A stretch of DNA of 64,000 nucleotides. Source: the human T2T-CHM13v2.0 reference genome, Homo sapiens. Below, piece by piece: positions 41,169 to 54,504 of this stretch. A program made the translations under genes and the position numbers. How positions within the stretch are numbered: the stretch's first letter is position 1; the number at the start of each line of letters is the position of its first letter. The notes under the pieces were generated by a model. It was not told where the DNA came from, made no database searches, and saw only the letters and a list, made by a program, of their open reading frames with translations. The stretch lies in NCBI RefSeq assembly GCF_009914755.1, contig NC_060929.1, one strand, 5' to 3'.

Positions 41169-44129
41169 GTAAGCATGGAGCTGTGATGAAAATGTTCACA
41201 TAGTACATATACATGCCATTTTATAATCTAGGGCAGCGATTCTATTCGTTCTCTCTGTATCTTTGTATTTACTTGAAAGTGATAGTAGCAGCCCTTAAGG
41301 GATACAAGAGTGGGAGATAACTTTCTCATTAGGTGTCAGGCCTGTCTGAGACTTTGTTATTAGCATGCCCCTTAACTTTAAGCAGTGGCCTATACTTATG
41401 GCCACATCTCTGGAAGATGCTTATATCCTCCCCTGCTTGATTTATTGGTGCTTATATACATGTGAATCTATTTCCCTTTTCTAACAAGAGGTTTAATTTT
41501 ACTCTTCTCTTTAGCTGTAGCCTTTAGCATTTGGTACTGTGCCTTTTTATTTTATTTTATTTTATTTTGGTTAGGTGTGTAATGGCATCTCTTTGTTTTT
41601 AAATGGTTAAAATCTGAAGTTTCTTTGGATATTTTCCAGTGGAAATTTAACATATTTTTAAAAGTATCAGAAAAGTAAACTAATAGTGTATCATTTATGG
41701 TAGATGTATTCACAAAATTCCAATCACTGTATTTCCTTAGGCATACAAAAGGAATGAGTTGTCTGGAAAAAAGCAGAAGTTTAAATGGTGTGCAGTAGCT
41801 GCTTAGTATTTTTGACAGGTTCCCTAAAATTTGTTTATGTCTATTCTTATGCTATTTTCTGAAAAGGAACCATTATTTAAATAATCTTAGCTATTTATTT
41901 ATTGCCGTGATCATTTTTATGAAATACTTAGAGATTTTTTCTTCAGAAATTGATTTTGAAATGTAATAACATTTTATTTAAAATAGATTTCCTAAAAGAT
42001 AATTTTAGTAAAAATTTATTTAACATTAAAATAATGTATTGTTTTTAGTATAGTTTGGTTTTCAAGTAGTTGGAATTTAGTATTATTTTAGCTACGGAGT
42101 GCACAGCTTTGTAAATTATATCTTAACTCCTTTGCTTATGTTTTCAAACTTTTCATGTCACTTAGTATAGAAGAAACATTTTATGCAAATATGTTCCCTG
42201 TGAAGTCACCAAACACACAGTTTCATTTGTTTTTTTTGTATTGTAAGTGTAGTCTCACTATAGTTAATTTTGCTTTCTCTTTCATACTTTGTGGTATTTA
42301 TACTTTGGGGACATATTTTATACATTACAGAAAGTAAAATTTATTAGTCATTTGAAATAGGCATGAAAATTTGAAATGATTATGTTGCTGATTTCTTTTG
42401 ATAATAAAATGGTAATTTGTAAAAACTATCCTACAACTACCCTTTAGGATAAAAATTTATGTAAAAACATTACAGTTTAGAGACAGGTAATCTAGAATAA
42501 ACTCAATAAAATATTTCTTCCTTTGTTATAAAACAAAGTAAAAGACAAAAATATTCAATACAGAGAACATATTCAGTTGATTTTGTTTACATGCTGTTAT
42601 TGTTTTGCAGGTATTTACTTTGCATGGATAAGTAAAAAAATATTTGTGTGGATAAGTAAAAAAATCTCACCTGTAGTTAACAATATAGATGGGAAATTAT
42701 TGTGTTTTATAGGATACTTTATTACCTTAACATAATATATAAAATTTTAACCAAGATAGTGTTTAGGTGTTCTTCTTTTCAAGTTCTCATTGATTCTGCT
42801 GTGAAGGCCTAGTCTTCACCTAGCATTCCATTCATTCATGTTCAAGACAGTAAGATATGCACAAAAATTGGGAGCTCAAAAATTGATTTAATATTTTATT
42901 TATAATATAGGCCTTTGTTCTGGTTAAAGTGAAGAGAAGTTATATTATAGATGTGCACCCTGTCTATTAGAATAAGTGCAATCTTAGATCCTTTTATTAA
43001 CTGATGTAAGAGCAAACAAAAGAGATTCCAAGTCTTACAGGCTGTAACCTGGTGAATATAACATTTTCCATAACTTTTCGTAATACATTTGAATTTAGAC
43101 TGACACTTGACCATCACTGACTTATGAATCCGTATAAAACTAAACTAATTGTCTCAACATGTTTTCCTAGCATTATAAAATATTTTCTAGATAAGTACTG
43201 TTGACTTTATGTTTTGCTAAGTTATTATATAGAATTTACTTTGTATTGGGATTTCAGTCATTAAAGGAGCTATTTAAACAGTATTTATTTAAGGGAGGCA
43301 TTGATTTAATTCTAATAAAAAATCTCAAAAGTCTTATATAGAGAAATGATGGTAAATTTTATTACCAAGAGATATGTGAAAAAGCATTGTTAGCAAAACT
43401 AGTAAAGATACATATACAAAGAGATTATATCTAAATTTTAATACTAGATTGTGTTCTATGTTTCATGAGACACCTAAGTACGTAACTTGGGGCACAGCTA
43501 AACTGGTTATAACATTCACAGATCCCATACTTCACTTTCTAATTTGGATTTTATGTTAGTGGAAATGGTGTCCATATATGATACTGTTCATATTATATAG
43601 AAAGATTGGTCTATTCTACTCCAGGTTGGCATTCTCAGTAAAGGTGAGATTTTACATCTGCTCATTAAAAAAGCTATGAAATTGATCATTACTTTTTTTC
43701 CCATAGTTCTTTTAAAAGCACTATCTGTGATAGAATTTTGGTAAATTTTTAAATTTCTTTTATCTACGCCTTTCACAAATTTTAGGATTTTTTTTTTTTT
43801 TTTTGGTTTATCCTCCTAACAAAAGTTCTTTCAGAGTTGAGAGTCCTGTTAAGGTGGCATGTTCATGATTTTTAAGTTTGAATAGATGAAGTGTTCATGA
43901 TAGAATGTCATCTTTTAAAAATGGTGAACGTGCTTACAGATCTTATAAAAAGAGAATTGAAATAATTATTAAATAAAATATATAATTGTATAGTTTCCTT
44001 GAATATAAGTTATATTTTTTAAAAATCCAGGATTGAAGCTTCTAGTATTCTTCTTAACTGCTAAACTGAAATTACTTTCTCTGTGTTTGTATATACTATT
44101 AAAAATATGTTGTAAAAGAGAAAGAGAGA

Positions 44130-44360
44130 GAAAGGTAATAGCGGGATATGAACTGGGGTTTGAGCCACCATCCTAACACTTACTAGTTTAATTGTCTTTT
44201 GCAAGTTACTTCTTTAAGTTGTGTGTAATTCAACTGAAAGTGGAGATTTTAAGAGTGTTTATCTCATACATTTCAGGAAAGATTAGGTGAAATAATCCAT
44301 GTAAAGCCCTTAATGTAGTGTCTGTCACATAGTAAATTTTCAGTAGATGTTAGTTTTTAT
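44130..44360 (+). mobile_element. MIR
   Basis: CTGGGGTTTGAGCC...CACTTACTAG...GCAAGTTACTT...ATCCATGTAAAGCCCTTAATGTAGTGTCTGTCACATAGTAA. Confidence 0.7.
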
Positions 44361-44582
44361 TGTTCTAATGTTATAGATATCACGTACTATATTATACAAC
44401 ATGGATTCATATATTTCACTTAATAATCATTAGTAATGGATGGGTGATTCATTTACATCAAAAGGGTCAAAATAAAAAATAAATTCTCAGAGAGTTAAGC
44501 TTTTTTTGGCAAAGAATAAGAAACCAGTATGTTGCAGTATTTTAGAAATATGAGGAATTCAGTATTAGTAAAACTTACTATG

Positions 44583-45099
<517 letters not shown>

Positions 45100-46927
45100 T
45101 TAATTGCCAGAACAATGGCCCCCTTTTTTGAATTTCTCTGGCATCTTCAGTAGGGAAGGAAGTGAGTAGTATCTCATTCTCCAGTCAACTCATGAACACC
45201 CAGGGGCTTGTCTCTCAAGGCAGTGGGAACCTCCTCCTGGTGTACCTCAGGTCTTTGAGGTAATGATCTGCAGCTTCTGGCCTTTCTCACAATAAGGCCC
45301 AGGTGGTCTGGGGAAATATGTCTTGCTTGTTGGTCTCTTGCTCTTTTTCTCTGTCTTCTCTGCTCACTTTTTCTATTTCCTTCCGCTTGGTGATAGATAA
45401 AATAAATTTCAAATGTGTTTTGATATGTACTGCTTTTCACCAGGTTCCTAGTAAATTAATGTGCTCATATAGGCCAATCCAGATATCTTAAAAGATCACT
45501 GGATGTGCACCCAGACCACAGTAGATCACAGTTAGGGCTCCAGCATGGTCTGACCTGTTCAGAATAAAGAGGCCTTTGGTTGAGGGTGAGCCTTATACAG
45601 ACTGGTTCTTTGTGTGCCTGTGATCATTGGAGAGTCTAAATTGAGATTCTCCCTTTCCCACTTAGGATTGAGGCATCTTGTTTTAAGGCCATATGGCAGA
45701 TGTTAATAACCAACAGACTTCATGGGTTATACCTCAAACTTTATAAGCAAAGATTACTAACTGAATGAAGCATGCATTCTATTCTATTCACTCTGCAAGT
45801 GTTAGAATTTATTGGCCTCTCCTGTTGGCAAAGATCACACTTTTGGTTGAGCTCTATCTTGGCTACTGCTTTTCTAGAGCTGCAATCTGGCAGTTTGGGA
45901 GGCTGCATATGGCTCTTAAACACTGTTTGGCACATAGAGTATTTTAAGGTTTTTTGCTTTTGTTTTTGTTTTTTGACACCTTTAGCAGAGGCAGGCAATC
46001 TACAGTTCCCTTCATGTCCTCTTATTATTTGTAAGACTCTTCTTTCACGTTTATTTTCCCTGCCTGGCTTACATAGGCATAAAAGTTTTGATCTTTTGAA
46101 CTAGATAATGCACATATTGCAAGTTTCATGATAATATTCTGTAGAAAATGAAGTGATTTTCCAGTGAGACTGAGAGGCATATTTAAAATACTTTAATTTA
46201 TGGAAGAGTTAATATGTTACAAATTTGGCCATTAAAATTGTATATCATATAACATAGTTACATTTTATTATAGATATGTTTTTAGTAAATAACAAAAATA
46301 TTCTCACTGTTAAAAATTATTTATACATTCATGTTCATTTTGTGTATTAGCAGAACTGAAAGTTTTGTTTTTTGATTTTGTTTTTAACAAGATCACTTAT
46401 ATTCAATTCATAAAATAATTTTAATTCTGATTATTGTTCTTCTCCCTTTGAAGGAGTTTTGCATTTCTTCTAAGAGTCAGTTTAAGAATAGTTTGTATTT
46501 ATCATTTTAATGTTTGCAGTAAAATAGAGCCAAAGAAGATATCTATTTCATTCAATTAAATGTTATTTCAAAGACAGCAGGGTTCTATGTTGGTAAAAAT
46601 ATTTATCTGTAGTTTTAAAAATTATTTCATAAGACTAACTAGATTTTCATTAGACTCCTTAAAGTGATAATTTTACACTAGAATGTTTTATGTTCAATCT
46701 TAGTTTCTTAAAGTCTGTAAACACCCTAGGAAATTACATTATTTCACAAAAGGATATGTTCTGGAAGTGTTTTCCTGAGCTTGTAAGTAATATCAGAAAG
46801 CTGTACCATATGAAACTGAACTATCAATAAGTTCTTAATAACATATTTTTAAGGTTAAAATATCTGTGTTATTCTTATAGGGCTGCTGCACATCCTTCTT
46901 AGCTTCCTATTCCATATAAATTTCCCT

Positions 46928-47220
<293 letters not shown>

Positions 47221-49919
47221 AAATTTCCCTCTTTTCTAATGTTGATTTTACTCAATCATGAACATGTTTATGCCCCCAAAGTATATTCATATATATGAAA
47301 AAGTATAAGACAGGGATTTTGATTTAAAATTCAGTCTTTCAAAATCTTTTCTTGGTCTGATTCAGTCACAATTTAGTTTTTAACTTTACTAAAAGCAGTA
47401 AGCTTCTCACACCTACTCTTCCCACTCTCATCCCACTTGTCAGATGAAATCATCATGCATCGATTTTGTAAAACTTCTTTTCTTCCACACTGTTTTCTTC
47501 ATTATACAAAATAAAATTGCATTCTGAGTTGATGGAGAAGCATGATATGGTAAGCGTTGTAGGCTTAGATAGTTCATTTTTATCACTAACTCATGTCTTA
47601 TCACCTAAATTGTGACAATTTATGCTTTCTAAGAAGATGATTTACTACAATTATGAAAAATGTTAAGTTTGGAAGATGCCTACAGGCAATTCGAAATAAG
47701 CTCTGTGATAACAAAAATACTCATATTAATTTAAAAACTTTGAATATTCTTTCTCTTTAATTGATCACAAACATTCTAATTTCCTGAAATAATTCCAGGT
47801 CAGTTTCCTACTTTCCCCTTCTTTGTCTTAGTCTCCAAAAAGCTATGTTTTGGGAAACATTTATTTTAGTCTCTTTTCTATTTAGTGAATTATGCTGAAA
47901 TTACAGAGAAATATATTCTACTATATAACTATATTGCATTTAATTTTTATTATAGCATGTTATTTTTGCACCAGGTATAGCTGTTAATCAGGCATTTCAG
48001 TTAAAAAAATTCATTGAAATTAGAAACAAAATCAGCTGAGTTACATGAGTCATTATCTGATATTATTGAACCACAAAAAAGCCTAAGTAAACTGAAAAAT
48101 TGAGGAGTTGCAGTTCTTCACAATTCTAATGTTCTCTTAAATACTGTCCTAACCATTAAACAACATTCTAGTTGAGGCTTAACTACATATAAATCGGTTT
48201 GAGTCGTGATCTGTGTTTAAAGATACTCTGTCTTAGAAAGTGTATAACACGTTTCTAAATTAACTGAATCAAAATAATGTGTTTAAAAAATAAGCAGGCA
48301 CAATTTTTGAAGTAACAGATGAACGAAATGCATTTATTAATTTTTTGAGATTTAAAAAGTTTTACTCAACCTTTGTAATTTTGAAAGCTATGCTAATCAT
48401 TCTTCACAGTCAGTGGTATCTGAACATGTCATTATCTCTTTCAGTTTCATTATTTTTTATTGCAAAGCTATTTGTTTATTTGTAGAGTTTCTGTGTCTCA
48501 AAAAGTGGTGGTTTAAAGAAATTAATATGTGTAATATTAATATAGATACTTTATAGTAAAATACAATTAAAATGTGAAGAAATAAGAGAAAAGTATGCAG
48601 AAAATATGATAAAACCATAAAAATACATGTTGGGTTCCTGTTTTCCTGGCATGAAAGAGAACTCTAACTTCTTTCGATACTGAGACCTGAGAAATCTCCC
48701 CTAGAGAACAGAAGGAAGTTGTGAGGGATGTAGCAGATCACATCCTTAGCACCACTTTTATAAATAGAGTAGCGTGGTTTAATTTGGATGTTCCTTAATA
48801 ATTCTCTCAATAGAAGCCAGGGCTACAACTGAAAAGGGCAATTCTACAAAAGAAATTCAACTTAGAGATAATACAGTTATGGTCATAGTGTACTATTATT
48901 TGGTTCCTTGCTTGATTTTGTTTTAAAATATAACATACTCTTCAAAGAGCCCTTCAAGGATGTTATGTCTCACTCAAATGTTTGATATGAGGTTGCCCAA
49001 CAGGAAGTTTGAGATATGCATATTCTCTGGTGAGAACCCAGAGTGTGGCTATTGTATTGTTGATTAACGGCAGATCTATAGTTATGCTTTGCTAATCAAG
49101 AGGAGGGTAGACATTAAATATACCAACCACAAATGGAGGAAACCAACTAGGTAAGGACAGGATGGCCCCCCAAACCGCGGAGCACAGAAGAGGTTCAGAG
49201 AATTCTAAACAGCTTGGGTTAGAAATGTGGTCACCTAGCTACTGAGATGATTATTTAAAAGGTCTGCTTTTATAATAATAATTTAATTTTAAGGTAAAAC
49301 TTTCATGTAAAAATTAAAAAATGGAAAAATCGGCATTTTTATTAAAACTGTATTTTAATAATCTGATAACCCATTGTACAGAAATAATGTTATATGAAGT
49401 AAGGATATTTAATATACGTGAGTATCTCATAAAATATGAAAAAATATGGTGTTAAAATAAATTGAAAATGTTCTGCCTTAGAATTCAGTCATTTCACATC
49501 TTATGTAGCTAAATGATTTTATTTGCTCAAATGTATTTATTGAGCAGTTTTTATCAGCAGTAAACAACACACATGCCTTCCTTGTCTTCATGGAGTGCAT
49601 AAGAAGGAGGAGTCAGGCTTCCTACTGATCTCTTGGTTTCAAATCTAATATAGAGTTGGGTTTCTCATCTCTGACATCCTTCTAAATTGTTTTTTTTTCA
49701 TTGTAGGTCATGAAATATCTCTAGTTGGGTCCAACTTTGGTACCTCTCTCAGAACTAGGACCAAATTATTCTTATTTGAGTTTTCTTAAGTAAGCCTCTT
49801 CTTTTGTTTATATATCTATCCCTTGAAGAGGAGAAAAATAAAGACATTTTTAGTAATTTTCTTGTATATTAATATATTTTATGCCTGTTGAATCACACAA
49901 ATAACTAGGACTTTGTATT

Positions 49920-50300
49920 TTAAGTTTAGCACTAGATTACCTGGCTTCTTACTCTAGTTTTGCCATTCACTAGCTGTGTGGCCTTACACAAGTTATTTAA
50001 CCTCTCTGTGCCTTTGTTTCCTCATCTGTCTACAATGGGTCAGCCCTCATATCTGAGGTGCATTGTTTCTAAGACCCCCATGGATACTAAAATCTATGGA
50101 TGCTAAAGTTCCTTATATAAAATGGTGTAGAACAATAGGCCTTCCATATCTTTTGATGTGGATGTTATTACAACAGAGAGCCTGTTGTAATAACAGTGCT
50201 TACTCACTAGAGCTGTTATGAAGATTAAACGAGTCAATGCAAATAGCAGCATTCAGAGTAATGTCTCACAGTGTTAAGCATTCTACAACTACTAGCTATT
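49920..50300 (+). mobile_element. MIR interrupted by a short MER2-like Tigger MITE (~50040-50188)
   Basis: MIR core TAACCTCTCTGTGCCTTTGTTTCCTCATCTG; insert carries ATGGATGCTAAAGTTCCTTATATAAAATGG; MIR resumes at TAATAACAGTGCTTACTCA. Confidence 0.65.
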
Positions 50301-50562
50301 TTTGCAGAAGAAAGGCATGAAATAGTGCCAACTTCACAGAGCTGTTGTGAGGCATAAAAAGGTCAGTGTATTAGAAGCCCTTAGAATAATGCTTGCCACA
50401 CAATAAGCTCTGCATAAAGGTTAACTATTATTACTATTTTCCAGCTTATAATGTTTATATTATTTGTTCCCCTCGTGGGAGTGGGATAATGTTGATTGGA
50501 TAGGTTTTCATTGCTATTTCTTTTTGTATGGTGGGCTTTGCTGTAATAGGGAAGGTGTTCAT

Positions 50563-50737
50563 TCAGAGTGGTTCCTGACAGCGCAATAGAATTTTCAATG
50601 GACTTTGAAAAAATTCTGATGCTGGACCCCACCCTTCATCCGTTATGTCAAAATCTCTTACAGGTGAGGCCTGCAGCATGGATAGTGTTTAAAACTTCTC
50701 AGGTGACCCTAATTTGGCTTCAGGGTTTCGACCACTG
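50563..50737. mobile_element. MER5A1-like hAT MITE
   Basis: AAAATTCTGATGCTGGACCCCACCC...AAAACTTCTCAGGTGACCCTAAT...CAGGGTTTCGACCACTG. Confidence 0.6.
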
Positions 50738-51634
50738 TGTAAATTTGTTTTTATCAATTTTCCATATTCAAATATCAAGTCTATTTTAATCAAACTAACT
50801 ATTTGTTAAAAGTTAGTTTTGCTTTGTTTTCCTTTTGGGGAATCACAGGAGAGTAATGAACACTTCTGCATTTCTGTTCTTGTCTGGCCTGTTACTCGTC
50901 TATTCCAAAGAACTAATCATTGGACTTTAAGCCATCACTGACAACTCTATGTTTTCTCACGATCTGATTTTCATGGTTCATATATTAATTACCCTTTTCT
51001 TAAAAAATATCCAAGGTGGATTTTAAAACATTCTCATAAAGATATGTTTTCACTGTACAAGGCTTAAGGTTTATAGTTGTGTTTATTTATTATATCTCAG
51101 TAATACGTAATAAGAGAGTTCTTATGAGTGGAATGTCTACATTGGCTCGATTGCTTTAACATTGACTTAAATAATTTGATCTCTGATGGACGAAGGTATC
51201 AGAACTACATGTGTGATTAAATAATAACTTTTTAGATTTTTTAAAAGCTTAAATGGGTAATTTTGATTCTATGCCATCACTCTCAACAAATAGTTTTGAG
51301 CCCACTGCTATAGGTGACTGCTATGATGGCGGAAAGTACAGGATACACAGGAGTTTAAGGGAAGAAATGCCCGAGGAGAGCAGGAAAATGCCTCCTCCAA
51401 ACTGGAAGTAACACATAGGGGCAATGCCAGGTGAGTGGGGATGCATGGGCAGGCAAAGATGGAAGAATAGTACACTGGATAATGTGTTTGGTTCCAGCAT
51501 ATGTACAGGTGGGAGATGTGAGGCCCAAAAGCTGTAGTTAGAATCCAATTGTGAAAGGCTTTTTATGTAATATTCAAAGGTTTAGATCATACATTGTAGA
51601 TCAGTGATTCTCTTTTAAAAAAAAAAAAAAAATT

Positions 51635-51949
<315 letters not shown>

Positions 51950-52206
51950 TTTATTCTGCTAATATATTTTTTTAGAAGGTAAAATCATGATTCTTGCAAA
52001 AATATACACATTGAAGGTCTTATTTATTTCATCAATTAATAAAGAAATAATGCTACCAACTGTTCAGAGAAGAACCCAAAGACAGTTACACATATCAGTA
52101 TTACAGAATGCTGGGATAAATGTGCAAATAGATGCAAAGGTAGGAAAACTGTTAATATCTATAAGATGTTGTCAACTAATCAGTTGCACTCAGTGGACAT
52201 AGTTGG

Positions 52207-52568
52207 TGTATTAGTCTTTTCTCACACTGCTGATAGAGAGATACATGAGACTGGGTAAATTATAAAGAAAAAGAGGTTTAATGGACTCACAGTTCCACGT
52301 GGCTGGGGAGGCCTCACAATCATGGCAGAAGGCGAAAGGCACATCTTACATAGCAGCAGGCAAGAGAGAGAATGAGAACCAAGTGAAAGGGGTTTCCCCA
52401 TGTAAAACCATCAGATCTTGTGAGACTTATTCACTACCATGAGAACAGTATGAGGGAAACGGCCCCATGATTCAGTTATCTCCCCCGGGTCCCTTCCACA
52501 ACACGTGGGAATTATAGGAGCTACAATTCAATATGAGATTTGGGTGGGGACACAGCCAAACCATATCA
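52207..52568 (-). mobile_element. THE1B/C solo LTR (MaLR), 362 bp, with 5-bp TSD
   Basis: TGTATTAGTC...GACACAGCCAAACCATATCA; TSD GTTGG at 52202-52206 and 52569-52573. Confidence 0.93.
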
Positions 52569-53046
52569 GTTGGCATTCTGTCAATGACACTGATTTGTAT
52601 AACTATAATAAAACATTTTTATTCTTATTATATATTAACAAGTTATAGTTGTATATGTATGTATAAGGTAAAAAGTGGTATAATGATTTTTTATACAGTG
52701 TGGAGTGATTAAATCAAGCTAATTAACCTATTCATCACCTCAAATATTTGACAATTTTTTCTGAAGAGAACATTCAAGATTTACTCTTAGTTATGTTGAA
52801 ATGTACAGTATTCAATTATTAACCATGTTTACCATGCTGTGCAACAGATTCAATTAAAAAAACAAACTTTTTCTATCTAATTGAGGCTTTTTAATCTTTG
52901 ATTGTCATCCCCCTATTTACCCCACCTGAAGTCCCTGGTAACCACCATTCTACTCTCCATCTATGAGTTCATTTGCTTTAGATTCCATGTAGAAGTGAGG
53001 ACATGTGGTACAGTGGTCCTCCACTAATCCACAAGGAATAGGTTTC

Positions 53047-53355
53047 TTTTTTTGTTTGTTTGCTTTTTGTTTTGAGACAGAGTCTTACTCTGTCACCGAG
53101 GCTGTAGTGCACTGGTGCACGATCTTGGCTTACTGCAACCTCCGCCTCCCAAGTTCAAGCTATTCTCCTGCCTCAGCCTCCTGAGTAGCTAAGATTACAG
53201 ACATGCGCCACTACATCTGACTAATTTTTGTATTTTTGGTAGAGATGGGATTTTGCCATGTTGGCCAGACTGGTCTTGAGCTCCTGATCTCGTGATCCAC
53301 CCACCTTGGCCTCTCAAAGTGCTGGGATTACAGGTGTGAGCTACCATGCCCAGCC
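53047..53355 (-). mobile_element. AluS, antisense, nested in MER44
   Basis: TSD AAGGAATAGGTTTC (53033-53046) / AAGGAATTGGTTTC (53356-53369). Confidence 0.93.
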
Positions 53356-53640
53356 AAGGAATTGGTTTCAAGACCCCTGGTGGATGCCTGAAACCCTCTG
53401 TAGTACAGAACCCAGTTACCATCAGTTGGAACACATTTCTCATTGTCTTCTATCCATAAATTTAACGCCCTTCTGTTATAACTAAGCACTTATCACACAC
53501 TGTGGTTGTAACTTTTACAGTTTGAAGTGTATCAGTAAAGCTAGCACTAATTTCTTTCTCTTTCTTTGTAATTTCATGGATAGAAGTGTCATTCTTACAT
53601 TAGACCTTAGCAACCCCACCATAAGATTTTTTTTTTTCTT

Positions 53641-53931
53641 TTTTATTTAAGACTGTGTTTCACTCTGTCACCCAGGCTGGAATGCAGTGGTACAATCACG
53701 ACCCTCTGCAGCCTCGACTTCCTGGGCTCAGGTGATCCTCCAACTTCAGCCTCCTGAGCAGCTGAGACTGCAGGCATGCACCGCCATGCCCATCTAACTT
53801 TTTTATTTTTTTGTAGTGACGTGGTTTTGCCACGTTATCCAGGCTGATCTCCAACTCCTGAGCTCAAGTGATCTGCCTGCATTGGCTTCCCAAAGTGTTA
53901 AGATTATAGGCGTGAACCATCGTGCATAGCC
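53641..53931 (-). mobile_element. AluJ, antisense, nested in MER44
   Basis: GCAGCCTCGACTTCCTGGGCTCAGGTGATCCTCC and CCTGAGCTCAAGTGATC AluJ diagnostics; TSD GAT(n)CTT on both sides. Confidence 0.9.
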
Positions 53932-54068
53932 GATTTTTTTTCTTAAGTCCAGAACTTTCACCTTTTCACTCCTAGGAGACATTATATGGCTTCTCTTTGG
54001 CATACCAAAATTGCCAGCATCGCTACTCTTGCACTTTGGGGCCGTTATTAAGTAAAACATGTACTATG

Positions 54069-54135
54069 CACAAGCACTATGATACCTTGACACAAGCATT
54101 ATGATACCTTGAGCACAAGCACTATGATACCTTGA
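54069..54135. repeat. 22-bp tandem triplication
   Basis: CACAAGCACTATGATACCTTGA at 54069, 54091 (one mismatch) and 54114. Confidence 0.92.
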
Positions 54136-54504
54136 CAGTCAGTCTGAGAATCGAGGTGGCTACTGAGTGACCACCAGGCAGGTAGCATCTATAGCAGGGA
54201 TCCACTAGATAAAGAGACGACTCATGTCCTGGGCAGGATGGAACAAGATGACTCAAGATTTTATCACTCTATCAGAACAGTGTGCAATTTAAAACATATA
54301 ATTTGTGTATTTCTAGAATTTTTCATTTAATATTTTTGGACCAGAGATGAGTACAGGTAACTGAAACCCTCCACAGAAAGTGAAATGGTGGATTAGGGAG
54401 GACTACTGTATTTGTCTTTTTGTGCTTGCTTATTACATTAGCATAACGTTCTCCAATTCCATCCATGTTGTCACAGATGAGAGAATTTCTTCTATTTTTA
54501 CTTT

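Larger units (their letters stand above)
53011..54408. mobile_element. MER44-like Tigger (Tc1/mariner) element with TA TSD, containing two Alus
   Basis: TA|CAGTGGTCCTCCACTAATCCAC ... GTGGATTAGGGAGGACTACTG|TA terminal inverted repeats. Confidence 0.85.
52615..54500 (-). mobile_element. Old L1MA-like 3' end, split by a MER44 insertion
   Basis: GATTAAATCAAGCTAATTAAC...CCTGGTAACCACCATTCTACTCTC...GTGAGGACATGTGGTA | TTTGTCTTTTTGTGCTTGCTTATT rejoins after removing 53011-54410. Confidence 0.8.

Noticed and set aside
54069-54135. CRISPR-like repeat array (also the 29-bp repeat at 56061)
   Set aside because: Only 2-3 copies, no series of unique spacers, no cas genes, and a primate intronic context.
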